This document shows, piece by piece, positions 39,282-48,815 of a stretch of DNA of 64,000 bases; within the stretch, counting starts at the first letter, position 1; every line of letters begins with the position of its first letter. The stretch comes from an uncultured Candidatus Rokubacteria bacterium (GTDB lineage: Bacteria; Methylomirabilota; Methylomirabilia; Rokubacteriales; DASRDR01). The notes below the pieces were generated by a model. It did no database searches. It worked only from the letters and a program-made list of their open reading frames with translations, and was not told the DNA's origin. The DNA lies in NCBI GenBank assembly GCA_963826115.1, contig CAWGVS010000003.1, forward strand, positions 32,001 to 96,000, read 5' to 3'. A program made the translations under genes and the position numbers.

Positions 39282-42200
39282 GTGGATCGAGTGCGGGACC
39301 CGACGTTCTGGCGTCGTCGGCGCGGGCTTCTCGCCGGGGGACTCGCCCTCCTCGCGGCGACCACGCTCGCACCGGCGCTCGCGACGGCGTCCGGGGACGT
39401 CGAGCGGGACCGCCGCGGTCCGCCCCGGAACATCCTCCTGCTTCATGCGTATCCGCGGCTCTCGCCGCCGGTGATCACCCTCGACGAGGCGTTCCGCGCG
39501 ACGCTCGGAGCCGAGTCGCCGTTCCCCGTCTACTTCTACACCGAGTACCTCGACCTCACCCTGTTCGACGGCGATGCGCCGCCGGGCGAGCTGGCGACGC
39601 TGCTCCGCCGGAAGTACGCGTCGCGAGCCATCGATCTCATCGTGGCCGCCGGGAGCCGCGCGCTCCGTGTGGCGCTGCACAACCGCGCCGACCTGTTCTC
39701 GGGCGCGCCGGTCGTCTTCGTCGGCGTGGACCGGGCCATGGTCGCCGACCTCCGGCTGGGCGTGGACGTCACGGGCACCTGGCTCCGGCAGGACTGGCTC
39801 GACACGCTCGAGCTCGCGCAGCAGCTCCAGCCCGACATCCGGCGCGCGGTCGTCGTGGCCGGGTCGGCGCCCTCCGACCTGACCTGGGTGACAGCCGCGC
39901 AACAGCAGCTCGCCGCAGGCCGCACCGACGTGGCGGTCTCCTACCTCACCGGCCGCACGCTCCAGGAGGTCGTGTCGCAGGTCGCCACCCTGCCCCGCGA
40001 CACGGTGGTCCTGGCCGGAGCGTTCCTCCGCGACGCCACCGGCCAGGACTTCAACACGCGGGACGCGATCGCGCGCATCGCCGCCGGCGCCAGCGTGCCC
40101 GTCTACGTGGTCCAGGACCACGCGGTGGGCACCGGCAGCGTCGGCGGCAGCGTGGTGAGCTACGAGGCCCACGGGCGGAGGGCGGCCCAGCTCGCGCTCC
40201 GCGTCCTCTCCGGCGAGCGCCCGGAGCCGGAGGACGCCGACACCACCGTGCCGATGTTCGACACCCGCGCGCTCCAGCGGTGGGGGCTCGACGAGCACCG
40301 GCTCCCGTCCGACCGTATCCTCCTCTTCCAGGAGCCATCCGCGTGGGAGCGTCACCGGTGGGTCATCGTCGGCGCGGTGGTCCTGCTCCTGCTGCAGAGC
40401 GCGCTGATCGTCGCCCTCCTCGTCCACCGGGCCCTGCGCCGACGCGTGCGGCACGCGCTCGCCGAGCGCCTGCGCTTCGAGACGCTCCTGTCCGACCTGT
40501 CGGCCATGTTCGCCACCGGGCCCGTGTCCGACGTCGACCGCCAGATCGAGACAGGGCTCCGGCGCCTCGTCGAGGACCTGGGCGTGGACCGCGCGACCGT
40601 GGGCGCGCTGGCGCCCGCCTCCGACCAGGTCCGGGTGACGCACTCCTGGACGCGCGCGAGCGTGGCGCCGCTCCGGGAGATGATCCGGGGTCGCACCGCG
40701 CCCTGGATCGTGTCGCGGCTCCGCCAGGGCCACGTCGTCCGGTTCGCGCGGCTCGACGACCTGCCGGACGAAGCCGCGGTCGATCGCCAGAGCCTCGCGC
40801 AGTTCGGCACGGGGTCGGCGATCGTGGTGCCGCTCCTCGCGGGCGATTCAGCCGTCAGCAGCCTGGCCGTGGCCACCCTGCGCGAGGGGCGCCGTTGGCC
40901 CGACGAGCTCGTCCCGCGCCTCCGGCTGCTGGGGGCCGTGTTCGCGGGCGCGCTCGCGCGGCAACGGGCCGACCAGGCCGTGCGCGAGAGCGAGGAGCGC
41001 TTCCGCCGGATGGCGGACAGCGCGCCGGTGATGGTGTGGCTGTCGGGCCCCGACGGCCGCCGGACGTACGTGAACCAGCGATGGCTCGACTTCACCGGAG
41101 GACCGCTCGACCGCGAGCTCGGCGAGAGCTGGATGACGAGGGTCCACGCCGACGACCGGCCGGACCTCGCTCGGGTCCTGCGAACGGCGCTCTCGGAGGA
41201 GCGGGCGTTCACGGTGGAGTACCGACTGCGCCGCCGCGACGGGGCGCACCGCTGGGTCCTGGACCACGGGGTGCCCCGGCACGGCGACGACGGCGCCCCG
41301 GTCGGCTTCGTGGGCTCGGCCGTCGACGTCACGCAGCTCCGGGCTGCCCAGCAGGCGCTGCTGGAGACCGACCTCCTGCGGAGCGCGATCTTCGGCGCGC
41401 TCCACGGTCACGTGGCCGCCCTCGACAAGCACGGTCGCATCATTGCCGTGAACCAGGCCTGGGGGCGGTTCGCCCTCGAGAACGGCGGCAACCCGGTCCG
41501 GGTGTCGATCGGGGTCAGCTATCTGGACGTGTGCCGGGACGCCGCCGCCCGCGGGGACCGCCACTCCGGCCAGATCCTGGACGCCCTCCGCATGGTGCTC
41601 GCCGGAGGCACGCCGCTCCAGGTGGAGTACGCGTGCCAGACGCCCGACGGTGAGCGGTGGTTCGAGATGACGGCGGAGCCGCTCCGTCGTCCGGAAGGCG
41701 GCGCGCTCGTCACGCACATCGACATCACGCGCCGCCGCCAGGCGGAGGAGCAGTCGGAGCGGCAGCGCGAGGAGCTGGCCCACGTGCTCCGGACCACCAC
41801 GCTGGGCGAGCTCGCCGCGTCGCTGGCCCACGAGATCAACCAGCCGCTCGCGGCCATCGTGGCCAACGCGCAGGCCACGCGTCGGCTCCTCGACACGGGC
41901 CGGGCGTCGCGGCCGGGGGTGGTCGACGCGCTGACGGACATCGTGGACGACGCCAAGCGCGCCTCGCAGGTGATTCGCCGCCTCCGCGCGCTGTTCCGGA
42001 AGGAACAGGGCGCGCGGCAGGCGGTGGACGTCAACGAGCTCGTCCAGGACGTGGTGGGGCTGCTCCGCCACGACATGGAGCGCCAGCGCATCGTCGTGCA
42101 GTGCGCGCTCGACCGGGAGCTCCCCCGGGTCCCCGGCGACCCGGTCCAGCTCCAGCAAGTCCTCCTGAACCTCCTCGTCAACGCGCGCGAGGCGATGGCG

Positions 42201-42485
42201 ACGACCGAGACGGGGCCGCGAGAGATCGCGATCGAGACCGCCCGCTGGGAGTCCGTGGGCGTCACCGCCTCGATCCGGGACACGGGAATCGGCGCCAAGG
42301 AGGGGGACCTCGAGCGGATCTTCGAGCACTTCGTCACCAGCAAGCCGGACGGGCTCGGAATGGGCCTGGCGATCAGCCGCTCGATCGTCGAGGCGCACGG
42401 CGGCCGCGTCTGGGCGACCATCAACGAGGAGCGGGGCCTCACCCTCCACCTCACGCTCCCGGGCGAGCCGGAGCCCGCGGCATGA
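39282..42485 (+). CDS. Membrane sensor histidine kinase (periplasmic binding-like, GAF, two PAS, HisKA, HATPase)
   Basis: ESEERFRRMADSAPVMVW (PAS), LAHEINQPL, QVLLNLLVNA, DTGIG, GLGMGLAISRSIVEAHGG. Confidence 0.93.
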   Translation: MDRVRDPTFWRRRRGLLAGGLALLAATTLAPALATASGDVERDRRGPPRNILLLHAYPRLSPPVITLDEAFRATLGAESPFPVYFYTEYLDLTLFDGDAPPGELATLLRRKYASRAIDLIVAAGSRALRVALHNRADLFSGAPVVFVGVDRAMVADLRLGVDVTGTWLRQDWLDTLELAQQLQPDIRRAVVVAGSAPSDLTWVTAAQQQLAAGRTDVAVSYLTGRTLQEVVSQVATLPRDTVVLAGAFLRDATGQDFNTRDAIARIAAGASVPVYVVQDHAVGTGSVGGSVVSYEAHGRRAAQLALRVLSGERPEPEDADTTVPMFDTRALQRWGLDEHRLPSDRILLFQEPSAWERHRWVIVGAVVLLLLQSALIVALLVHRALRRRVRHALAERLRFETLLSDLSAMFATGPVSDVDRQIETGLRRLVEDLGVDRATVGALAPASDQVRVTHSWTRASVAPLREMIRGRTAPWIVSRLRQGHVVRFARLDDLPDEAAVDRQSLAQFGTGSAIVVPLLAGDSAVSSLAVATLREGRRWPDELVPRLRLLGAVFAGALARQRADQAVRESEERFRRMADSAPVMVWLSGPDGRRTYVNQRWLDFTGGPLDRELGESWMTRVHADDRPDLARVLRTALSEERAFTVEYRLRRRDGAHRWVLDHGVPRHGDDGAPVGFVGSAVDVTQLRAAQQALLETDLLRSAIFGALHGHVAALDKHGRIIAVNQAWGRFALENGGNPVRVSIGVSYLDVCRDAAARGDRHSGQILDALRMVLAGGTPLQVEYACQTPDGERWFEMTAEPLRRPEGGALVTHIDITRRRQAEEQSERQREELAHVLRTTTLGELAASLAHEINQPLAAIVANAQATRRLLDTGRASRPGVVDALTDIVDDAKRASQVIRRLRALFRKEQGARQAVDVNELVQDVVGLLRHDMERQRIVVQCALDRELPRVPGDPVQLQQVLLNLLVNAREAMATTETGPREIAIETARWESVGVTASIRDTGIGAKEGDLERIFEHFVTSKPDGLGMGLAISRSIVEAHGGRVWATINEERGLTLHLTLPGEPEPAA

Positions 42486-43135
42486 CGACCGACGGCGTGG
42501 TCTACGTGGTCGACGACGACGCGTCGGTGCGCCGCGCGCTGGCGCGCCTGATCGCGGCGGCCGGCTTCGAGGTCGAGACGTTCCCGTCGGCGCGGGCGTT
42601 CCTGCACCACCCGCGCGGGGACCGCCCGGCGTGCCTCGTCCTCGACGTCCGCCTGCCGGGCGAGGACGGGCTCGAGCTCCAAGCCGCGCTGGGCGACGGC
42701 CAGCGGTTCCTCCCCGTCATCTTCGTCACGGGTCACGGCACGGTGCCGCTGGGCGTCCGCGCGATGAAGGAAGGCGCCGTCGACTTCCTCCAGAAGCCGG
42801 TCGACGAGGCGGAGCTGATGGGAGGCATCCAGAGGGCGCTCGAGGGCAGCCGCCGGGCGCGGGCCGACCTGGTCGAGAAGGTGGACCTCGAGAGCCGGCT
42901 GGACGCTCTGACCGTCCGCGAGCGCGAGGTGCTTGACCTGGTGGCCATCGGGCTCCTCAACAGGCAGATCGGCGACCGCCTGGGGATGGCCGAGAAGACG
43001 GTCAAGGTTCACCGGGGGCGCGTCATGCAGAAGATGGCGGCCGCATCGGTGGCCGAGCTGGTCCGGATGCTGCACAAGCTCGGCCGCGAGGCGGCCCCTC
43101 CGGAGGACCTCGGGCGTAGGACCAAAGGCCTATAG
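42482..43135 (+). CDS. FixJ/LuxR-family response regulator
   Basis: VVDDD, LDVRLP, TGHG, DFLQKP, LTVREREV, TVKVHRGRVMQKM. Confidence 0.94.
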   Translation: MTTDGVVYVVDDDASVRRALARLIAAAGFEVETFPSARAFLHHPRGDRPACLVLDVRLPGEDGLELQAALGDGQRFLPVIFVTGHGTVPLGVRAMKEGAVDFLQKPVDEAELMGGIQRALEGSRRARADLVEKVDLESRLDALTVREREVLDLVAIGLLNRQIGDRLGMAEKTVKVHRGRVMQKMAAASVAELVRMLHKLGREAAPPEDLGRRTKGL

Positions 43136-43160
43136 CGGAGGACGGTCGGAGGCGCGCAGA

Positions 43161-43574
43161 GTGAGCGACGTGATGGTGAGCGGGGACGCGACCCTCCGCC
43201 CCCTCCTGCGGGCGCCGATGGTCTGCGTGGTCGACGACGACGCCTCCCTCCTGCGCGCGCTCCGGCGCCTCCTGAGCGCCACGGGCTTCCGTGTGGAGAC
43301 CTTCGGCTCGGCAGAGGCGTTCCTGGAATCGGACCACCGTGGCCGGGCGGACTGTCTCGTCCTGGACGTCCACCTCCGCGGCCAGAGCGGCCTCGATCTG
43401 CAGGAGCGCCTCGCCGCCGCCGGCGTCCGCACGCCGGTCGTCATCATCACCGCTCACGACGACCCGCCGACGCGCCAGCGCGCCCGGCGGCTCGGCGCGG
43501 TCGAGTACCTTCGCAAGCCGTTCGACGACGACTTTCTGATCGACGCCATCCACAAGGCGATCGGCCATTCCTGA
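43161..43574 (+). CDS. Single-domain response regulator
   Basis: VVDDD, LDVHL, ITAH, YLRKPF. SD GGAGG. Confidence 0.9.
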   Translation: MSDVMVSGDATLRPLLRAPMVCVVDDDASLLRALRRLLSATGFRVETFGSAEAFLESDHRGRADCLVLDVHLRGQSGLDLQERLAAAGVRTPVVIITAHDDPPTRQRARRLGAVEYLRKPFDDDFLIDAIHKAIGHS

Positions 43575-43581
43575 GGCGCGC

Positions 43582-44004
43582 GTGGCGACGCGGATTCCGG
43601 GCGCTCGCCGGCGCGCTCGCGGCGGCCGGCGATGGGCGGCGGTCGCGGCCCTCCTCCTCGCCGGGTGCAGCTTCGTGTCGACGCGCGCCCAGCCGTACAT
43701 CGGCGGCCCGGCGTACCCGCCGAGCGATCCGGCGAAGGTCGTCATCCTCCGCGGCGAGCCGGGGCGTCCGCACGAGCGTCTGGGGGAGGTGTTCGCCGAG
43801 CCCTCGGGCGACCCGACGGTCCAGCAGTACGAGCAGGCCCTCCGCGAGGGAGGCGCCAAGATGGGCGCCGACGCCGTCGTGGTGGTCTACGACCGCATGC
43901 AGGTCGTCGGGACGATGGTGACCGGGCCGTGGTGGGCCCCGGCGGCGTCGCCCATCGTCGGCCGCGTCGTGGTCGGTCTCGCGATCCGCTACGCGGGCCC
44001 CTGA
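43582..44004 (+). CDS. Hypothetical lipoprotein
   Basis: Lipobox LLAGC, AKMGADAVVV motif. Confidence 0.7.
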   Translation: MATRIPGARRRARGGRRWAAVAALLLAGCSFVSTRAQPYIGGPAYPPSDPAKVVILRGEPGRPHERLGEVFAEPSGDPTVQQYEQALREGGAKMGADAVVVVYDRMQVVGTMVTGPWWAPAASPIVGRVVVGLAIRYAGP

Positions 44005-44100
44005 GCTCCGGGCGTCGGCGCGCTCGCAGGGGGGGCCCCTGTCGTCGTGAGATGATCGGAGCGGCCCAGCGCGATCCGCCACTTCCCCGGGCCCGATGCG

Positions 44101-46599
44101 ATGACCAGTCTGCCGGACCAGTCCAGCCTGGAGGACGCGCTCACCCGCATCCCCCTCTTCGCCGAGGTCGACCGGGTGACGTTGGCCCAGCTCGCCGCCC
44201 ATCTCGACCCGCTCGACCTGTCGGAGGGCGACGTCGTGTGCCGCCAGGGCGAGCCGGGCGACTGCCTGTTCATCCTGACCGCGGGGCGGCTCGGCGTCCA
44301 CGTCCACGACCCGGATGACGGCGCGTCCCGGCGGATCGACGGCCTCGGTCCCGGGGACTTCTTCGGCGAGATGGCCCTCCTGACCGGCGAGCCGCGCTCG
44401 GCCACCGTCCGCGCCGACGTCCCGAGCCGCGTCCTCCGGCTCGACCGGGAGCGCTTCGAGTCGCTGGTGCGCGCCGAGCCGTCGAGCTTCCTCGCGATCG
44501 CGCGCGTCCTGAGCCGTCGCCTGGCCACCGCGAACCGGATGCGGCTCGCCGAGGAGCGCGCGCTGGCGGCCGGTGTCGAGGCCGCCCTCGAGCGCCTGCC
44601 GCCCGAGCGCTGCCAAGCGGTGCTGGAGGCGAGCCTTCTCGAAGAGCCCGTCGGTCTGGAGGCGCTCTTCGGCGACCGCGCCCCGGCGATCGCCGCCGAT
44701 CTCGAGGTCCTGGGCGTCCGGCGCGGCGGCAGCACCGTCGTGCGCGACGTCCTGCGGGAGCGGCTCCGCCGTGACGAGCGGCCGGCGCGCGTGCGCGAGC
44801 GCGCGGACTCGCTCGCCGAGCGGCTCGCCGCCGCGGCCGAATGGGACGCCGCGCTCGGGGTCCTGGCCGCCCACGCGGACGCCGGGGCGGTCGTCGGCAT
44901 GCTGGGGCGCGCGCTCCGCGCGGTGCCGCCCCTTCCGCCCGATCGCGTCCGGCGCTGGATCGAGCGCCTCGAGGACGACGCGGTCGTGAGCGATCCGGAC
45001 GCCGCGCTCGCGCGCGCGGCGTTCCACCGCGACCGGGCGGATCCCGTCCGCGCCCTCGTCGTGCTGCGCCGCGCGCTGGGCGGGGCGCTCCAGGCGACGG
45101 CCAGGGACGACGGCTCGCGGGTCGCGGCCGAGATCTCCCGGCTCGCGCTCGCGGCGGGGGAGCATCCGGTCTCCCGCGCGGAGCTTCGCCCTCGCGTGAC
45201 CGGCGAGGCGGCGATCCCGCACCGCGCGGGATGGCCGAGCCGGGTCTGCCTGGCCGCGGGCGTCGCGTGTGCGGGCGCCGCCGCGTGGCCGGGAGCGACG
45301 CCGCAGTGGGCGTTCGTCGCGCTGCTTCTCGCCGCGATCGCGACGATGCTGAGCCGGAGCCTGCCCGACTTCGTGGTGGGCCTGGGCCTCGTCGCGGGCT
45401 GGATCCTGCTCGGTGTCGCCCGGCCCGCCGAGGCGCTGGCGGGATTCGCCTCGAAGGAGTGGCTGTTCGTCGTCGCGGTCTACGGCCTGGCCGCGGCCAC
45501 CGCCCGCTCCGGCCTCCTCTACCGCATCGGGCTCCTGCTCGTCCGGCGCGTGCCGCAGGGCACCCGGCAGCAGGCGCTGACCCTGCTCCTCAGCGGGCTC
45601 GCCCTCACGCCGCTCATCCCCTCGGCCACGGGGCGCGCGTCGCTCGTCCTGCCCCTGGCCCGGGCGCTGGCCGAGGCGCTCCGGATCCCGGAGCGGTCGG
45701 GCGCCGCGGCCGTGCTGGGACTGGCGGCCTGGACCGGCGCCGGCCCGCTCATGTTCGTCGCGCTGAGCGGATCGGGGACGTGCCTCCTCGCGTGGGGGCT
45801 TCTGCCGGAGGCGAGCCGGGTCCGGATGGGCTGGATCCAGTGGCTCGTCGCGGCCCTGCCGCTCGGGGCGTTCCTCGCCGCCGGCGCGCTCGGCCTGCTG
45901 TTCGTCCTGCTCCGCCCCGGCCCCGTTGCCGCGCCGCCCCGGGAGCGCATCGGGCTCCAGGTCGCGCTCCTCGGTCCACCCTCCCGCCGCGAGGTCGCCA
46001 TGGCGCTGATCCTCGCGCTCACGGTGGCCGGCTGGATCCTGGCCCCGTGGCTCCACCTCGACCTCGCCTCGGTGGCGCTGCTCGGCCTCCTCGGCGCCGC
46101 GGCGGTCGGCAGCTTCGACACGCCGGCCCTCCAGGCGCTCGACTGGGGCATGCTCCTGTTCTTCGGCGCCGTGCTCGGGCTTGGCCGGCTCGCCGCCGCC
46201 CTCGGCCTCGACGCGGAGGCCGGGGCGATCATCCAGCGCGCGCTGGGCGACAGCCGGCCCGGCCCCCTCGGCCTGGTGCTTGCCGTCGCGCTGGTGAGCT
46301 TCGTCGTCCGCCTCGCGCTCGAGCAGGACCTCACGGTCCTCCTGGTGAGCCTGACCCTGATCCCCGTCGCCACCGCCGCCGGCGTCGAGCCCTGGGCCGT
46401 GACGATCGCGCTCCTGGCGACCTCGGTGGTCTGGTTCCTGCCCTTCCAGACGTCGAGCTACATGGTCGCGCGGTCCGCCTCCGAGGACCGCCTCTTCTCC
46501 CACGAGCAGGCCCGGCGCTTCGCGCTCGCCTACGCGGCGCTCACCCTCGTGGGCCTCTCGCTCGCCGTGCCATACTGGAAGCTGCTCGGAATCCTGTAG
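44101..46599 (+). CDS. cNMP-binding domain fused to DASS/SLC13-like anion transporter
   Basis: QGEPGD..F, GDFFGEMALLTGEPRSATV. C-terminal TM domain with IPSATGR, LDWGMLLFFG, LPFQ. Confidence 0.82.
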   Translation: MTSLPDQSSLEDALTRIPLFAEVDRVTLAQLAAHLDPLDLSEGDVVCRQGEPGDCLFILTAGRLGVHVHDPDDGASRRIDGLGPGDFFGEMALLTGEPRSATVRADVPSRVLRLDRERFESLVRAEPSSFLAIARVLSRRLATANRMRLAEERALAAGVEAALERLPPERCQAVLEASLLEEPVGLEALFGDRAPAIAADLEVLGVRRGGSTVVRDVLRERLRRDERPARVRERADSLAERLAAAAEWDAALGVLAAHADAGAVVGMLGRALRAVPPLPPDRVRRWIERLEDDAVVSDPDAALARAAFHRDRADPVRALVVLRRALGGALQATARDDGSRVAAEISRLALAAGEHPVSRAELRPRVTGEAAIPHRAGWPSRVCLAAGVACAGAAAWPGATPQWAFVALLLAAIATMLSRSLPDFVVGLGLVAGWILLGVARPAEALAGFASKEWLFVVAVYGLAAATARSGLLYRIGLLLVRRVPQGTRQQALTLLLSGLALTPLIPSATGRASLVLPLARALAEALRIPERSGAAAVLGLAAWTGAGPLMFVALSGSGTCLLAWGLLPEASRVRMGWIQWLVAALPLGAFLAAGALGLLFVLLRPGPVAAPPRERIGLQVALLGPPSRREVAMALILALTVAGWILAPWLHLDLASVALLGLLGAAAVGSFDTPALQALDWGMLLFFGAVLGLGRLAAALGLDAEAGAIIQRALGDSRPGPLGLVLAVALVSFVVRLALEQDLTVLLVSLTLIPVATAAGVEPWAVTIALLATSVVWFLPFQTSSYMVARSASEDRLFSHEQARRFALAYAALTLVGLSLAVPYWKLLGIL

Positions 46600-46628
46600 C
46601 TCGCCTTCCGGCGGAGTCGGAGATCACA

Positions 46629-47939
46629 ATGCTCGAGGAGCGTGGCCGGCACCGGCGCCTCTGCGGCTCGGCTCGGCGCTGGCTGCCGGTCGTCATCGCG
46701 GCCGCCCTGACGACTGTCGGCGCGGGCGTCGCGCCGGCGGCCGCGGAGAAGGCACGGCCGGCCGACGACGCGGCGGAGATGGTCGGCGTCAACACCCACC
46801 TCGTCTACGCAGGAACGGTCTACGACACCGGGTTCGAGAGCATCGTCAAGCCCCGCCTGATCGAGCTAGGCGTCCGTTACATCCGCGACTGGGTGACGAC
46901 CGAGCCGCGATACGTCGAGCGGTACCAGGACCTCGCGGGCTACGGGATCCGCGCGCTCCTCATCAACTGGGATCCCGGCGCCTCCGCCCGGGACGCGGTC
47001 AAGGCGCTGAACGACCACCCCGTGCGTCCGGTCGCGATGGTCGAGCCCGCCAACGAGCGCGACTGCGAGCGTCTCAACGACTGGGCCGCCTGGCTGCGCG
47101 ACTTCCAGAAGTCGATGTGGCAGAGCTACAAGAGCGACCCCGCCACCGCCGACATCCCCGTCCTCGGCCCCTCCCTGTGCAACACCCGGGACAGTCCCGC
47201 CGTGCTGGCCCGGGCGTTTCCCGACGCGTCCCAGTACATGGACCGGGGCAACCTCCACGACTACTCCGGCCGCGCGACCGAGGGACCGCGGGGCGGCGGT
47301 TGGGGAATCGACCTCGACCGGGCGATCGACGAGTACCGGAAGCTCGCCGGGGCCAAGCCGCTCGTCTCGACGGAGACCGGGTACAAGATGTCCGGCCCGG
47401 TTCGGAACCACCCCGTCGTGTCCGAGCGCGCGGCGGCGAAGTACATGCCCCGCCTGTTCCTCGCGCATCTGCTGAAGGGGTTCACCCACGTCTTTCTCTA
47501 CCAGCTCATCAACGACACGGAGGACTTCGGGCTCCTGAACCCCGACGGGTCCCCGCGGCTCCAGTTCCACGCCGTCCGCAACTTCATCGCTCTCTTCCGG
47601 GATCCGGGTCCCCCCTTCGAGACGGGCACGCTCGACTACACGCTGGAGGGCAACACCTCGGACGTCTGGAAGATCCTTCTGCAAAGGAGGGACGGCACCT
47701 TCTACCTCGTCCTTTGGCAGGGTGTGAGCAGCCACAACGCGTGGCTCGACTCGGACATCGAGCCCCGGCCGCGGTCCCTGACGCTCCGGCTACAGACGCC
47801 GATCGCATCGGCCCGGACGTACCTGCCGAGCTTCAACGGGACGGCACCGACGTCGCGGCACGATCACCCCGTCTCTATCAAGCTGAGCGTTCCCGACCAC
47901 GTGCTGGTGGTCGAGCTCGTGCCAGCCCGGGATCGGTGA
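46629..47939 (+). CDS. Secreted clan GH-A-like glycoside hydrolase
   Basis: Signal peptide, GVNTHL, LGVRYIRD, acid/base EPANE, nucleophile STETGY, DFGLL. Confidence 0.65.
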   Translation: MLEERGRHRRLCGSARRWLPVVIAAALTTVGAGVAPAAAEKARPADDAAEMVGVNTHLVYAGTVYDTGFESIVKPRLIELGVRYIRDWVTTEPRYVERYQDLAGYGIRALLINWDPGASARDAVKALNDHPVRPVAMVEPANERDCERLNDWAAWLRDFQKSMWQSYKSDPATADIPVLGPSLCNTRDSPAVLARAFPDASQYMDRGNLHDYSGRATEGPRGGGWGIDLDRAIDEYRKLAGAKPLVSTETGYKMSGPVRNHPVVSERAAAKYMPRLFLAHLLKGFTHVFLYQLINDTEDFGLLNPDGSPRLQFHAVRNFIALFRDPGPPFETGTLDYTLEGNTSDVWKILLQRRDGTFYLVLWQGVSSHNAWLDSDIEPRPRSLTLRLQTPIASARTYLPSFNGTAPTSRHDHPVSIKLSVPDHVLVVELVPARDR

Positions 47940-47955
47940 TTGTCAGGCCGTCGCC

Positions 47956-47984
47956 TTGACAGCGGGAACCCCCTTCCCTAGTAT
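47956..47984 (+). promoter_or_regulatory. Near-consensus sigma70 promoter of the C1 operon
   Basis: TTGACA-N17-TAGTAT. Confidence 0.8.
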
Positions 47985-48015
47985 TGGCGCCACTCGACCG
48001 TACTGGTGCCACTCG
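47981..48015. repeat. Direct repeat GTAYTGGYGCCACTCG x2 (operator-like)
   Basis: 47981-47996 GTATTGGCGCCACTCG and 48000-48015 GTACTGGTGCCACTCG. Confidence 0.7.
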
Positions 48016-48222
48016 GCTTGGCTTCATGCCTCGAGGATCGCGTATCCCGTGATTCACTCGTTCGCTCGCTGGTTCCCCCTCGGTCCATCGCGTCCGCCCG
48101 GCGCGGGCGCGCGGCGCTTCGGAGTCGATCTCGAGGGAAGGGGGTGTAAGGGCAGTCGGCAAGCCGGACGGTCGTAGTCGGCATCGCACACACTGAGCAC
48201 GCTCCACTGACGGAGGGATCGT

Positions 48223-48723
48223 ATGGCTACGGACAACTTCATGGTGGGTGAGTCGCTGGTCGGCGACGGCAACGAGATCGCGCACATCGACCTGATCATC
48301 GGTTCGAAGAGCGGGCCCGCCGGGATCGCCTTCGTGCATCGGGTCGCCGACCAGACGGCGGGTCACAACGGGCTCCTCGCCGTGCTCGCGCCCAACGTGC
48401 CGGCCAAGCCGGACACGGTCATGTTCAACAAGGTCACGATCAAGGGCGCCGGCCAGGCCGTCCAGATGTTCGGGCCCGCCCAGGCCGCGGTGGCCAAGGC
48501 GGTCGTCGACAGCGTCGCCGACGGCACCATCCCGAAGGCGAGCGCCAACGACCTCTGCGTGATCGTCGGCGTGTTCATCCACTGGCAGGCGAAGGACAAC
48601 AAGAAGATCTACGACTTCAACTACCGGGCGACCAAGGAAGCGATCACGCGGGCGATGAAGCACCACCCGACCGTGGACGAAGTCCTCGCCCAGAAGGACA
48701 CCGCCAAGCACCCATTCGCGTAG
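48223..48723 (+). CDS. fae: Formaldehyde-activating enzyme
   Basis: VGESLVGDGNEIAHIDL, NKVTIK, QMFGPAQAAVAKAV, VFIHW, NYRATKEAI. Confidence 0.96.
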   Translation: MATDNFMVGESLVGDGNEIAHIDLIIGSKSGPAGIAFVHRVADQTAGHNGLLAVLAPNVPAKPDTVMFNKVTIKGAGQAVQMFGPAQAAVAKAVVDSVADGTIPKASANDLCVIVGVFIHWQAKDNKKIYDFNYRATKEAITRAMKHHPTVDEVLAQKDTAKHPFA

Positions 48724-48745
48724 GCGCGGCGAGTCGCCGCCGCGC

Positions 48746-48785
48746 GGTCGGAGCCCGCGGTCTCGCGCGGCCGCGGGCTCCGGCC
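48746..48785 (+). terminator. Strong intergenic hairpin after fae
   Basis: GGTCGGAGCCCGCGGTC pairs with GGCCGCGGGCTCCGGCC. No U-tract. Confidence 0.55.
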
Positions 48786-48815
48786 CCGCCCTCGCCACGG
48801 CACGCCTGACACGCC

